Virus record (IMG/VR): IMGVR_UViG_3300037467_000284
Span: 1 to 64,000 of that record
DNA: 64,000 nt
From: a virus
Strand: one strand, 5' to 3'
Position numbers and translations under genes: made by a program. This document shows positions 32,793 through 41,984 of the stretch, piece by piece. Position 1 is the stretch's first letter; the number at the start of each line of letters is the position of its first letter. The notes under the pieces are model-generated. The model saw only the letters and a program-made list of their open reading frames with translations. It had not been told where the DNA came from and searched no databases.

Positions 32793-33929
32793 ATGAGCAA
32801 AGCAACTAGCGAGATTACCCGCCGATTCGTGAATGTGTGGGTTCGCACGCAAGGAACTGACACTGCGGAACTAGAGAAGGCGTTCTTCGTTATGGGATTC
32901 CGCTGGCAGGGGAGCAAGAGGGGGGAGCCCCGCGAGCTTCGCACTCAAGAAAGGCCATCTTACATTCGCACTGAAGACAATTATAGCCTGTACTGGGCGA
33001 GTTGCCCCGGTGCTCGTCCGGAAGACTACGGCTACGATGCAAAGGAAGTGTCTCGTGACGAGGTGCTTGCAGCTGCTGAAGAAGTACGCAAGATCAAGCG
33101 TGCAGAAAGCAAGGCTTCCAAGAAGCGTCGTGCGCAGCGTAGATGGGATGCTACGGCTACCAAGCGTACTACGGAAGTGTGCCCGGTGCGTGAAAACGTT
33201 GTGATCGCTGTGAAACTCAATAACGGCACCGTTGTCACGAAACGTTCAGGCTGGTTCGATTGGGCTACGCGGCATTTAGACCAGAGAGGCAGCAACATCG
33301 CCAGCTACAAAGTGCTGGTTCCGAACAAGCACAAGCCGGAGCCCGTTGAATCAAGTGTAGTGCCACTGGAGTCGATGGTGCAAGCTGTTGCTTGGGATTT
33401 GGGCAAGGGTGTCGCCACTCCGGTACACGACGCTGTTCTCGATACGGACGGCAGCGTGGTAGCGACAGGCGAGTTCGTGAAGCCAGCACTCGACACGACC
33501 GGGCCGCTCGGCACGAATCCGAAGAAACAATATGGTGTGCAGTCGATCCCGTTGAGCTGCTGGAGTAGCTTGGCATCAGCCTACGGCTCTCTGGCCTTCT
33601 ACAACGGAGCGCTGAAGTATGGTAAGGCTAACTACGCAAACACCCCAGTGGAAGCCTCTATCTACATCGATGGAGCTATGCGCCATCTTGCTGCATGGGC
33701 TGCTGGCGAAGAGTTCGATCCGGCGGACGGTGTGCCGAATCTTGGTGGTGTACTAGCGAACATTGCTATCCTACTGGAAGCACGAGCCGCTAATATGCTG
33801 ATTGACGACCGTGCAAAACAGTCAGGCTACCTGAAGGAGCGCGACGAACTGAAAAAGATCGTGAAGCACCTGAACGAACTGCACGCTGGCAAGAATCCGA
33901 AGCACTATACGTTAGAGAAGAAGGAGTAA
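32793..33929 (+). CDS. protein with C-terminal DUF5664-type dATP/dGTP diphosphohydrolase-like domain
   Basis: The C-terminal ...YGVQSIPLSCWSSLASAYGSLAFYNGALKYGKANY...AMRHLAAWAAGEEFDPADGVPNLGG matches my recollection of that domain. The N-terminal roughly 230 aa are unassigned. Confidence 0.55.
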   Translation: MSKATSEITRRFVNVWVRTQGTDTAELEKAFFVMGFRWQGSKRGEPRELRTQERPSYIRTEDNYSLYWASCPGARPEDYGYDAKEVSRDEVLAAAEEVRKIKRAESKASKKRRAQRRWDATATKRTTEVCPVRENVVIAVKLNNGTVVTKRSGWFDWATRHLDQRGSNIASYKVLVPNKHKPEPVESSVVPLESMVQAVAWDLGKGVATPVHDAVLDTDGSVVATGEFVKPALDTTGPLGTNPKKQYGVQSIPLSCWSSLASAYGSLAFYNGALKYGKANYANTPVEASIYIDGAMRHLAAWAAGEEFDPADGVPNLGGVLANIAILLEARAANMLIDDRAKQSGYLKERDELKKIVKHLNELHAGKNPKHYTLEKKE

Positions 33930-33932
33930 GCG

Positions 33933-34187
33933 ATGCTCTACCTGCTTGCTTTCCTCACAAGCTTCTTGAATATCGGGCTCCGGTCGTTTCAGCAACTCAA
34001 TGTGATGTACCGTAAGTACTGGTGGATTCTTCCTACCAGCATGTGCATGGCAGCGTGTGAAGCGCTGATCCTGTTGTCGTATGTGCATAGCGGCTGGGGG
34101 TGGATCGTAGCAGCTATCGGCTTGGGTGGAGGGCTTGGTAGCATCACCAGTACGTATCTCCACGGAAAACTTACCAAGAAAGGGTAA
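33933..34187 (+). CDS. small membrane protein
   Basis: 84 aa with three hydrophobic helices. Confidence 0.55.
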   Translation: MLYLLAFLTSFLNIGLRSFQQLNVMYRKYWWILPTSMCMAACEALILLSYVHSGWGWIVAAIGLGGGLGSITSTYLHGKLTKKG

Positions 34188-34189
34188 CT

Positions 34190-34297
34190 ATGATCTTATT
34201 CATGCTGCTGATTATTGCTCTGGCGTTGATTGATTCCGAACTGGCAGGGCTCGCACTGTTCCTCGGTGTAATTTGGCTGCTCTTCGGCTACTGCTGA
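34190..34297 (+). CDS. possible 35-aa membrane peptide
   Basis: Found manually. Product MILFMLLIIALALIDSELAGLALFLGVIWLLFGYC. It ends just before terminator 34301. Confidence 0.35.
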   Translation: MILFMLLIIALALIDSELAGLALFLGVIWLLFGYC

Positions 34298-34300
34298 TTG

Positions 34301-34332
34301 AAAAGCCGCCCTTCGGGGCGGCTTTTTCTTTT
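34301..34332 (+). terminator. rho-independent terminator
   Basis: AAAAGCCGCCC-TTCG-GGGCGGCTTTT followed by TCTTTT. Confidence 0.8.
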
Positions 34333-34342
34333 AGTGAGAGCG

Positions 34343-34371
34343 TTGACTTAGCTACGAAGGTAGTGTAAGAT
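34343..34371 (+). promoter_or_regulatory. sigma70-type promoter
   Basis: TTGACT, 17 nt, TAAGAT. Confidence 0.6.
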
Positions 34372-34398
34372 ACGTTCATTACTAACCAAGGAGAACAA

Positions 34399-36126
34399 AT
34401 GACCCCAACCGAACAACAACTGACCTGCATCGCGGCAGCAGTGCAATACGCTGTCCTCAAGATCGAGGCTGGTGCAGGCTCAGGTAAGACCAGCACGCTG
34501 AAGCTAGTTGCTGAAGCTGTCCCTGAGCCGTCGCTGTACGTAGCATTCAATAAAGTAACTGCCACTGAGGCAGCAGAGAAGTTCCCGGCGCACGTTACCT
34601 GCAAGACCACTCACAGCATTGCCTACTCCAAGTTTGGCCGTAGCTTGCAAGACAAGCTGACCCGCCCGAAAGGTGGCTACGTCAATGTGGCCTTCACCGG
34701 CACGGAGATTGCCCGGTATTACAAGGTCGGGGCTATCATGGACATGGAACTCGGCACGCTGGCAACCACGGAGAATGCAGTTGGCCTGTTCGTACGTCAA
34801 ACGGTGGAACGTTTCGAGCAATCGGCAGACGCGGAAATCAACGAGTTCCACTTGCCCCGGTTCGACATGCAGAAGACTCTGCAAGCTGACCCTTCCGCTG
34901 CTGCTTATGTCCTTCGCCTTGCGAAGAAGCTTTGGCAAGATCGCATCGACCCGAAGAGCCCTGTACTGGCAAGCCACGACACCTACTTGAAGCTGTTCCA
35001 ACTCAGCAAGCCGAATCTTGGCTTCAAGGTGGTGTATCTGGACGAGGCACAAGACAGCACTCCTTGCGTGCTGGACATCGTGATGTCGCAAGCCAATCAC
35101 GGAGCCAAGATCGTCCTTGTCGGGGATCGTCGCCAAGCTATCTACGGCTGGCGTGGTGCTATCAACGCAATGCAGCGTGTCGAAGGCCACAGCACTATCC
35201 TCTCGAAGAGCTTCCGCTTCGGCCAAGGCGTTGCTGACGTAGCGACTGCTGTCCTGCAAGGGACGATGAAGCTGACGGGCCGGGAAGACATGCCATCCGT
35301 GATTGGCCGTGGGGTGGTGGACCGTACGAAGCCGTATATGTACTTGTTCCGTACTAACTCTGGGCTCCTGTATTCGGCTGTAGCAGCTATTTCGAAAGGC
35401 GAGAACATCCGTCTTGAAATCGATGTGAAAGACTTCCTGCGTCTGCTGGAGTCGGCATGGGCTTTGTCGAAGAACGACATGCGCAACGTGAAGCACGAGA
35501 ACATCCTTCCGTATCCAACTTGGCGAGAGTACAAGGAAGAAGCGGAGAAGATGGCAGGTGAGATGAAGCGCATTGTCAGCATCATCGATGGAGGGGACTA
35601 TTTCCGCTTCGTACGTACGTTGGAGGGCTTTAGCAACCCGACTAACGCACCTATCGTGTACACCACAGCGCACAAAGCGAAGGGTCGTGAGCATGACCAA
35701 GTGCTTCTGGCAGACGACTTCCCAAGCCACTATGACGGCGGGGAGTGGGTGGGCTTGAACGAGATGGAACAGAACCTTCTGTACGTCGCTGTAACCCGTG
35801 CTATGCGTGTATTAGAGACGAACGACTCTGTGCAGGAAGCGCTCGATTATTACCACAACAAGGAGGCTGATCCGCTTGAGGCGGAACACGCAGCTTACGC
35901 TGGGAGGTACGAAGATTTCGACCACGAAGAAGACATCGCCCGGCTGGAGCACTACCAGCTTAACGGGAATGCTCCTATGCTGATGCCATCACTCGGAGCT
36001 GTCGGTAAGTTGAATGGAGAGATGGCTGTCGAAGCCCTTCACCGTGGCATGGAAGAGGACGAATGGCGTCGAACACGGAGAGATGAGGGTTATAGCGAAG
36101 TAGAGATTGATAACCTACCGTTTTAA
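34399..36126 (+). CDS. UvrD/PcrA-like SF1 DNA helicase
   Basis: Walker A (AGAGSGKTS), Walker B (VYLDEAQD) and C-terminal TAHKAKGREHD...LYVAVTRA motifs. Confidence 0.8.
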   Translation: MTPTEQQLTCIAAAVQYAVLKIEAGAGSGKTSTLKLVAEAVPEPSLYVAFNKVTATEAAEKFPAHVTCKTTHSIAYSKFGRSLQDKLTRPKGGYVNVAFTGTEIARYYKVGAIMDMELGTLATTENAVGLFVRQTVERFEQSADAEINEFHLPRFDMQKTLQADPSAAAYVLRLAKKLWQDRIDPKSPVLASHDTYLKLFQLSKPNLGFKVVYLDEAQDSTPCVLDIVMSQANHGAKIVLVGDRRQAIYGWRGAINAMQRVEGHSTILSKSFRFGQGVADVATAVLQGTMKLTGREDMPSVIGRGVVDRTKPYMYLFRTNSGLLYSAVAAISKGENIRLEIDVKDFLRLLESAWALSKNDMRNVKHENILPYPTWREYKEEAEKMAGEMKRIVSIIDGGDYFRFVRTLEGFSNPTNAPIVYTTAHKAKGREHDQVLLADDFPSHYDGGEWVGLNEMEQNLLYVAVTRAMRVLETNDSVQEALDYYHNKEADPLEAEHAAYAGRYEDFDHEEDIARLEHYQLNGNAPMLMPSLGAVGKLNGEMAVEALHRGMEEDEWRRTRRDEGYSEVEIDNLPF

Positions 36127-36135
36127 AGGACAGAG

Positions 36136-36366
36136 ATGACTGATGCAGAACTAGCAGCGCACTACAAAGCGCAACGTGACAAACTTCTGGCGTTCGCCCA
36201 GAACGCACCTGTAGCCTCTGGCGTATGCTGCTGCGGGGATGATATGGGGGAGCACAGTAGTGCCTACGATTATGGGCACAGCCCAGTCGATCAGTGGGAC
36301 TGGAGCCTTCAGTGCTGGGAGAAGGAGTTTGATGAATTTGATAAGCAAGTAGGAAAGGAGACGTAG
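36136..36366 (+). CDS. hypothetical protein
   Basis: 76 aa with an AAAGGA RBS. Confidence 0.55.
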   Translation: MTDAELAAHYKAQRDKLLAFAQNAPVASGVCCCGDDMGEHSSAYDYGHSPVDQWDWSLQCWEKEFDEFDKQVGKET

Positions 36367-38883
36367 ATGGAACTAAGTGTTGTCTGGGACTCGGAGGCGA
36401 AGAACCTGCTGAATTCCGAGTCCATTGATTACACAGCCTCTCCGTATTGCCTTAAAGACCCAGAGTTCGTACACTGCGTTGGTTTCGTTGATGTGAACTC
36501 AGACGACGAATGGTTGTTCACTCCTGAGCAAGTAAGACGGGGTGAGCACATCGACTTCATCATGGAGCACGTTGTAGAAATGATCGGCCATAACACGATC
36601 AACTACGACCATCTCCTGATGAAGTTGAGTGCTGGCCTGCATTACGAAATCGGTATCAAGAGCCTCGGCACTGTAGATACCATTACGTACAAGGGACGGA
36701 CCAAGGAAGTCAAGATCACTGATACACTCGTGATGTCCAAGACGCTCAACCCTGACCGTCCGCAGCATAGCATTGAGTACTTCGGTAGCATTTTGGGTCT
36801 TGAAAAGATCAACTGGCGAGCGAAGGCTGTGGAGCTTGGGCTGATTGAAGCTGACGCTCCAAAAGGGTCAGAATTCAGGAAATGGCACCCAGAGATGGGC
36901 GTCTACATGATGCGGGACTGCCACGTTAATAAGCGTGTGTACCGTTGGCTGAAGAAGGAATGGGGAGACTGGGACTGGGATGATGCTTACGAACTAGAGA
37001 AGGCTGTAGCGGAAATCATCACGCGACAGGAGCACAGGGGATTCGCATTCAACTCGGCCAAGGCTGTAGAGAACGTTCGGTTCCTTGATGCCAAGATGGA
37101 AGAACTGCGGCAGAAGGTCGAGCCGCTGATTCCTCCTAAACCGTTGACGAAGACGCGTCTTGCCGACATGACGCCTACTGCCAAGCAATTTAAGAAGAAT
37201 GGGGAGCCCACAACGCACATCCTGAACTTCGCTAAGAAGCACGGCGGAGAGTTTGTAGAGGTAGATGGTGTATGGACTGCGGACCTATACGGTAAGACGC
37301 ATACGCTTCCGATGGAGCCTGAACCAATTGTCACGGAGGAACCGGCAAAGCTGGACGATACACTGCACATCAAGCAGTGGCTTGTCTCGATGGGCTGGAA
37401 TCCAACCCAGTACAAGGAACGTGATCTGACGGTAGACAGCAAGAAGAAGAAGCTTAGCTTGGACAAGTTCAACGAAGCTGTTAGGAAGTGGGTAGACCAG
37501 ACCTTCGATAGCCCGTTCAAAGCGGACAGGCTTGAAGAGTTGGAGTACTCTCCACGGGTTAGCAAGCAGTATGTGCTGCACAAGATGCTCGCTACAGACC
37601 ACATGAAACGTCCGTTGAAGGTTTATACGAACCCCACGCTGACAATCGGCATGGAGAAGGAGATTGACCCGGAGTTGGAGAAGCTGTCCGAGAAGTTCCC
37701 CTATGCAAAGGAGATTTCGCACTACCTGACGTACAAGCATCGACGTAACAGTATCTTGGGCGGAGGGATCGACCCGGACGACGAGGACGACATTCAGAAG
37801 GGCTGGATGTCCGTGGATAGGCTTAGTGTGGACGGACGTATTCCTACGCCTGCGGATACGTGTGGAGCAGCTACGAGCCGTTTCAAGCACCGATTGGTGG
37901 CTAACATTCCGCGTGTCACTTCGATGTATGGTGTGGAGATGCGGGAGTTGTTCGGAGTAGACGAGTACTTCTACCAGATGGGCTATGACTTCGACTCACT
38001 AGAGGCGAAAGTTGAGGCCCATTACACCTACCGCTATCCCGGTGGACCGGAGTATGGTGTCAGCCTCACCGCTGAGAAGCCGAATGACTGCCACTCTGTA
38101 CTGGCGCTGAAGATTACGGACATTCTTGGCCGTGAGTTTCCTCGCTCGACAGCTAAGAACGTGAAGTACGGTTGCTCGTACAATGCGCAGATTCCCCGTA
38201 TCGCTAAGACCGTGGGCTGTAGCATCGAAGAGGCAACCATTATCTTCAATGCGTTCTGGGAGCAGGCTTTCCCGCTGAAGGCTCTGAAGGAAAAGATGCA
38301 AGCGTACTGGGAGACGACAGGGCAGAAGAAGTTCTTGCAAGGTATCGATGGACGTAAGCTGCCAATCCGGGCGAAAGGTAACGTGATCAACACTGCGTTC
38401 CAAAGCTGCGGTGTTATCTGTGCCAAGCGTGCGATGGTGCTGCATGACCGCTACCTGAAGGAAGAGGGACTGTCTGTTGACTTCTTCTCGGATGACTGGA
38501 AGGCTAAGTTGGAAGCGAAGGAGCAGTTTGCACAGCAACTCATCGCCTACCACGACGAAGCCCAGTGCGAAGTGACGAAGAGCAGCGTTACCTTCAAGCT
38601 CTTCAAATTCGAAGGCCCGTACGAGGTTAAGAATGCGAAAGGTAAGATGGAACTGTCTGAGAACGCGGAGGCTGCTAAACGGGCTGCAAAGGCGTTTAAA
38701 GACGCGCAGACGGACAAGGTATGGTCTGATATCGGCCACACAGACAAATGCTTCTACGTGGCTTATAACCGTGCTGGAGAGCTTGCTACGAAGGCTGTCA
38801 CTGAAGCTGGTAAGTACTACAAGCTGAAAGTGGAACTGACTGCTGGCTACATGATCGGTACGAACTGGGCTACGTGTCACTAA
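36367..38883 (+). CDS. family A DNA polymerase (T7 gp5-like)
   Basis: 838 aa. Motif A GYDFDSLEAKV, motif B RSTAKNVKYGCSYNAQ and motif C AYHDEAQCEV. The N-terminal region is 3'-5' exo-like. Confidence 0.85.
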   Translation: MELSVVWDSEAKNLLNSESIDYTASPYCLKDPEFVHCVGFVDVNSDDEWLFTPEQVRRGEHIDFIMEHVVEMIGHNTINYDHLLMKLSAGLHYEIGIKSLGTVDTITYKGRTKEVKITDTLVMSKTLNPDRPQHSIEYFGSILGLEKINWRAKAVELGLIEADAPKGSEFRKWHPEMGVYMMRDCHVNKRVYRWLKKEWGDWDWDDAYELEKAVAEIITRQEHRGFAFNSAKAVENVRFLDAKMEELRQKVEPLIPPKPLTKTRLADMTPTAKQFKKNGEPTTHILNFAKKHGGEFVEVDGVWTADLYGKTHTLPMEPEPIVTEEPAKLDDTLHIKQWLVSMGWNPTQYKERDLTVDSKKKKLSLDKFNEAVRKWVDQTFDSPFKADRLEELEYSPRVSKQYVLHKMLATDHMKRPLKVYTNPTLTIGMEKEIDPELEKLSEKFPYAKEISHYLTYKHRRNSILGGGIDPDDEDDIQKGWMSVDRLSVDGRIPTPADTCGAATSRFKHRLVANIPRVTSMYGVEMRELFGVDEYFYQMGYDFDSLEAKVEAHYTYRYPGGPEYGVSLTAEKPNDCHSVLALKITDILGREFPRSTAKNVKYGCSYNAQIPRIAKTVGCSIEEATIIFNAFWEQAFPLKALKEKMQAYWETTGQKKFLQGIDGRKLPIRAKGNVINTAFQSCGVICAKRAMVLHDRYLKEEGLSVDFFSDDWKAKLEAKEQFAQQLIAYHDEAQCEVTKSSVTFKLFKFEGPYEVKNAKGKMELSENAEAAKRAAKAFKDAQTDKVWSDIGHTDKCFYVAYNRAGELATKAVTEAGKYYKLKVELTAGYMIGTNWATCH

Positions 38884-39038
38884 TGGACAGCCATGTACAG
38901 GAGCAGATTGAAGTTCTTAGACGAATAGCCGAACGAGGACTCAATCTGGCTCATAAAATCGACACAAGGTTCGTAGACATTTTCCAGCACATGCTGGACG
39001 AGATTGAACGGACAAAGAAGGAGGAAGTATGTTTGTAA
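38883..39038 (+). CDS. hypothetical protein (51 aa)
   Basis: Found manually. Its ATG overlaps the polymerase stop (TAATG). Confidence 0.4.
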   Translation: MDSHVQEQIEVLRRIAERGLNLAHKIDTRFVDIFQHMLDEIERTKKEEVCL

Positions 39039-39175
39039 ATGAAGAGTACTACGAGGGCAAGCGTGCCTATCGAGAGGGCTACGGCCACGACGAGAACCCG
39101 TATCAAGAGGGTACACCAGAGCACAACGATTGGACTGATGGATGGGAAGACGCTGAAGGCGAAGCATCGATGTAA
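39029..39175 (+). CDS. Rmf/CrpP-like small protein
   Basis: Found manually. AAGGAGGAAG RBS. KRAYREGYGHDENPYQEGTPEHNDWTDGWEDA fits the AY..GY....NPY.......W..GW pattern of the Rmf/CrpP family. Confidence 0.5.
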   Translation: MFVNEEYYEGKRAYREGYGHDENPYQEGTPEHNDWTDGWEDAEGEASM

Positions 39176-39182
39176 ATAACTG

Positions 39183-39211
39183 TTGACAAGCAGGTAGGAA
39201 GCTAATACTAT
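39183..39211 (+). promoter_or_regulatory. sigma70-type promoter
   Basis: TTGACA, 17 nt, TACTAT. Confidence 0.6.
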
Positions 39212-39244
39212 CTGTCTTGTCGTAACCTACAAAGGAGGAATCAA

Positions 39245-39421
39245 ATGTTTGGAATGCTTGAAAAGCTGGCTAAGGCCACGGTAGCAGCCGTTGTCGAAAC
39301 CCCTATCGCTCTCGTCGCAGACACGCTGACGTTGGGTGGCGCTCTCACCGACACGAAGGAGCCGTACACTGTTACCGCTCTGGACAAGGTGGTGAAGAAC
39401 GTACAGGAGGCTACGGAATAA
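39245..39421 (+). CDS. hypothetical protein (58 aa)
   Basis: Found manually. AAAGGAGGAA RBS. Its stop overlaps the next start (TAATG). Confidence 0.5.
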   Translation: MFGMLEKLAKATVAAVVETPIALVADTLTLGGALTDTKEPYTVTALDKVVKNVQEATE

Positions 39422-39672
39422 TGGGTCAAGCTAAACAAAGGGGCACCCTCGAACAACGTATCGAGCAATCCCGCCAGAAGTGGGACGCAGGCATCGAAGC
39501 CCAGAAGAAGGAGATTGCCGATCTGGATGCACTGGAAAAGCGTCAACTGGAAGCAATGGGCCGCTTCGTTGATACCCAAGTGATGCCCCGTCTGCGTACG
39601 AGTCCGCTCGTTCGTATCGACTATTCGGGTATCGAACTGAAGACGCTGGCTAACGGGCTAAATAAAGCTTGA
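39421..39672 (+). CDS. hypothetical protein
   Basis: 83 aa and coiled-coil-like. Confidence 0.55.
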   Translation: MGQAKQRGTLEQRIEQSRQKWDAGIEAQKKEIADLDALEKRQLEAMGRFVDTQVMPRLRTSPLVRIDYSGIELKTLANGLNKA

Positions 39673-39698
39673 CAATCTAAGAAGGTAGGTATTATTAT
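39669..39698 (+). promoter_or_regulatory. sigma70-type promoter
   Basis: TTGACA, 18 nt, TATTAT. Confidence 0.55.
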
Positions 39699-39727
39699 GT
39701 GCCTATCTACTCAACCAAGGAGAACGA

Positions 39728-39895
39728 ATGCGGATACTGATCTGTGGAATCGTCTTGCTAGCTGTCGGATTGGCTTTGAGCCCCTTTAATCCGAAGCTGG
39801 GCCAAGACGATTCAGAAGGATTCCTACCTTTGAGTGTAATACTCACTGGGGCTGGATTGTTCCTGACCTTAACTGCTCTAGCACCAACCATTTAA
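39728..39895 (+). CDS. small two-helix membrane protein (55 aa)
   Basis: Found manually with an AAGGAG RBS. Confidence 0.5.
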   Translation: MRILICGIVLLAVGLALSPFNPKLGQDDSEGFLPLSVILTGAGLFLTLTALAPTI

Positions 39896-39911
39896 CCAAA
39901 GGAGAATACAT

Positions 39912-40946
39912 ATGAAGAAACTGTTTGCAACCATCCTGCTGTCACTGGCTGCTGTGACAGCAATGGCATCACCCCGTCCCTCGGACATCGAAGATGCTTT
40001 GGCAGCACGGGACTACCAATCGGCCAAGTCGATGACGCAGGAAGTGCTGCGTGAGCATCCGGACAGCGCGAAAGCTCACCTGTTCAACGCTTACGTGCTG
40101 CTGAAGGCTGACAACGACCGCTCCGGGGCCGCTGCTGAACTGAAAACTGCCCGGATGCTGGACAAGAACCACAAGGTACAGAACTCGGCCCTGTTCGGTC
40201 GCACCACGGCGGAGTTGGAACGTAGCACTCCTGTCACTCCAGTGCAGCGTGTGGCACCGAAGCCGTACGTAGCCCCGGCTCCTGTCGTGTACAGCCAGCC
40301 GTATGTGCAGGAACAACCGGGTAGCTCGTTTCTGGTGAAGCTGTTGAAGTTCCTGTTCTGGACTTCGCTCATCGGCATCATCGTCTACTTCGTGTACAAG
40401 CTGTTTTTCAAGCGTAAAGAAGTGGTGGTTAGCTGCACTGGTCACACGTACACTGCGCCGCAACGTGCAACGATGGACGACGCCCTGTACACCAGCGTTT
40501 CCCGGCCAGCTTACGAAACTGCTGAACAACGCAGCTATCCGGCTACCCCGCATCCGGTGTACCGTGATACGGTGTACCGTGCCCCGGCTGTGCAGCCTGT
40601 CGTTCAAGCAGTTCCGAGCACTACTGTGGTGCATACGGACAACGGCATGAACAACATGATGACTGGCATGATGCTGAACGAGATGATGCACCACAGCCAC
40701 GAGCACGGTCACAGTTCTCACCGGGACACCTACGTAGAGCGTGATACGTATGTCGAACGTGCTCCCGCTTACGAGCCTCAACGTTACGAAGCACCATCCC
40801 GTAGTAGCACTGACTATGAAACATCGCGTGCTTCGTACTCGTCGGGCAGCGGTAACAACTGGGGCACGAAATCGAATGACAGTGGCTGGGACGACAGCGA
40901 TAGCGACACATCGACTGACACGCCGAGTGGAGGCTGGGACGACTGA
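39912..40946 (+). CDS. exported TPR-like protein with a membrane anchor and a Tyr/Thr/Asp-rich tail
   Basis: Signal peptide MKKLFATILLSLAAVTAMA, a central TM segment (FLFWTSLIGIIVYFVYKLFF) and a duplicated DTYVER unit. Confidence 0.6.
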   Translation: MKKLFATILLSLAAVTAMASPRPSDIEDALAARDYQSAKSMTQEVLREHPDSAKAHLFNAYVLLKADNDRSGAAAELKTARMLDKNHKVQNSALFGRTTAELERSTPVTPVQRVAPKPYVAPAPVVYSQPYVQEQPGSSFLVKLLKFLFWTSLIGIIVYFVYKLFFKRKEVVVSCTGHTYTAPQRATMDDALYTSVSRPAYETAEQRSYPATPHPVYRDTVYRAPAVQPVVQAVPSTTVVHTDNGMNNMMTGMMLNEMMHHSHEHGHSSHRDTYVERDTYVERAPAYEPQRYEAPSRSSTDYETSRASYSSGSGNNWGTKSNDSGWDDSDSDTSTDTPSGGWDD

Positions 40947-41323
40947 TGCGCAATAAGCCTACCAAGGCAATGCGCAAAGCTACCAAACCAGCAAAGGCCA
41001 AGGACTATCAAAAGATGGTCTTGGCAGCTAGTGAGGTAGTGATGCGTACGAGGAATGGTAGCTATGAGAATAGAAACCATTCTGGACTACCAGAATACGT
41101 TGTGATAGAATTCCCATACTTCGTGAAGTTCCAAAAGGGCTTCCCGAAGGGGATGCTGATCGAGAAGAAAGCTACTAGCAACGTACACCAGATTAACGCG
41201 GTAAAGTTGCTTGACTGGCTCTACGAGAACGGACACAGTAAGTACAGTGCTAAACAGCTAGTGCAACGTACTAAAGACTACGAACGATTGGAAGCTTCCA
41301 TTGCTCGTATGTTTGAAGACTAA
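40946..41323 (+). CDS. hypothetical basic protein
   Basis: 125 aa with an ATGA-type overlap. Confidence 0.55.
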   Translation: MRNKPTKAMRKATKPAKAKDYQKMVLAASEVVMRTRNGSYENRNHSGLPEYVVIEFPYFVKFQKGFPKGMLIEKKATSNVHQINAVKLLDWLYENGHSKYSAKQLVQRTKDYERLEASIARMFED

Positions 41324-41338
41324 TCAAAAGGAGAAAAC

Positions 41339-41605
41339 ATGAGTCTGAGTAAATTTTCTAGCCATGCTGAGTACATGGCATCCATCACTCCCGGCAAACC
41401 GGCTGCTACTGCCGATAAGCCTGTCGTGAAGTACAAGGCTACGCCAGTCACGAACCCCGAGGTCGGTAACTCCACTGCGGTCATCCCACTGGATCACCCG
41501 GCTGAGTACCTGAACGGTCGTGTGGCTACCACTTCCTACATCGTCGCTGTCGGCCAGAATGGCAGCTTCGAGACCCGTAACACCCGCTACGAACTGGCAG
41601 AGTAA
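41339..41605 (+). CDS. hypothetical protein
   Basis: 88 aa with an AAGGAG RBS. Confidence 0.6.
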   Translation: MSLSKFSSHAEYMASITPGKPAATADKPVVKYKATPVTNPEVGNSTAVIPLDHPAEYLNGRVATTSYIVAVGQNGSFETRNTRYELAE

Positions 41606-41611
41606 AAACAC

Positions 41612-41640
41612 TTGACAAGTAGTGCTACGTAGTGTAAGAT
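41612..41640 (+). promoter_or_regulatory. sigma70-type promoter
   Basis: TTGACA, 17 nt, TAAGAT. Confidence 0.6.
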
Positions 41641-41693
41641 AGCGGTTCTGGAGCAATTCAGACCGCAACCAATCAAACCTTGAAGGAGGGAAA

Positions 41694-41789
41694 ATGAGTC
41701 ACTGGTACTGCAACCCTTTCTTTTGGGGCGGGGTGGTGCAACAAGTAATATGGTGGGTGTGGATAATCTCTACCATTCGACGTAAGTAG
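41694..41789 (+). CDS. possible 31-aa Trp-rich hydrophobic peptide
   Basis: Found manually with a GAAGGAGGG RBS. Confidence 0.35.
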   Translation: MSHWYCNPFFWGGVVQQVIWWVWIISTIRRK

Positions 41790-41815
41790 TAATCAACCAA
41801 GTAAAGGAGAAAACA

Positions 41816-41974
41816 ATGCAACGTAAGGAATTCATGACCCCGGCTCAAACCCGTGCCATCGGCAATGCCCCTCGTACCCACGAGAACTGTATTCGTCTAC
41901 TGAAGGAAGCCAAGCTGGCTCCTGTGGCTCGTCCGGGTAAGACTGCCAAAGACGCCTACAACAAAGGGCGGTAA
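41816..41974 (+). CDS. hypothetical protein (52 aa)
   Basis: Found manually with an AAAGGAG RBS. Confidence 0.45.
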   Translation: MQRKEFMTPAQTRAIGNAPRTHENCIRLLKEAKLAPVARPGKTAKDAYNKGR

Positions 41975-41984
41975 TAAAACAAAC

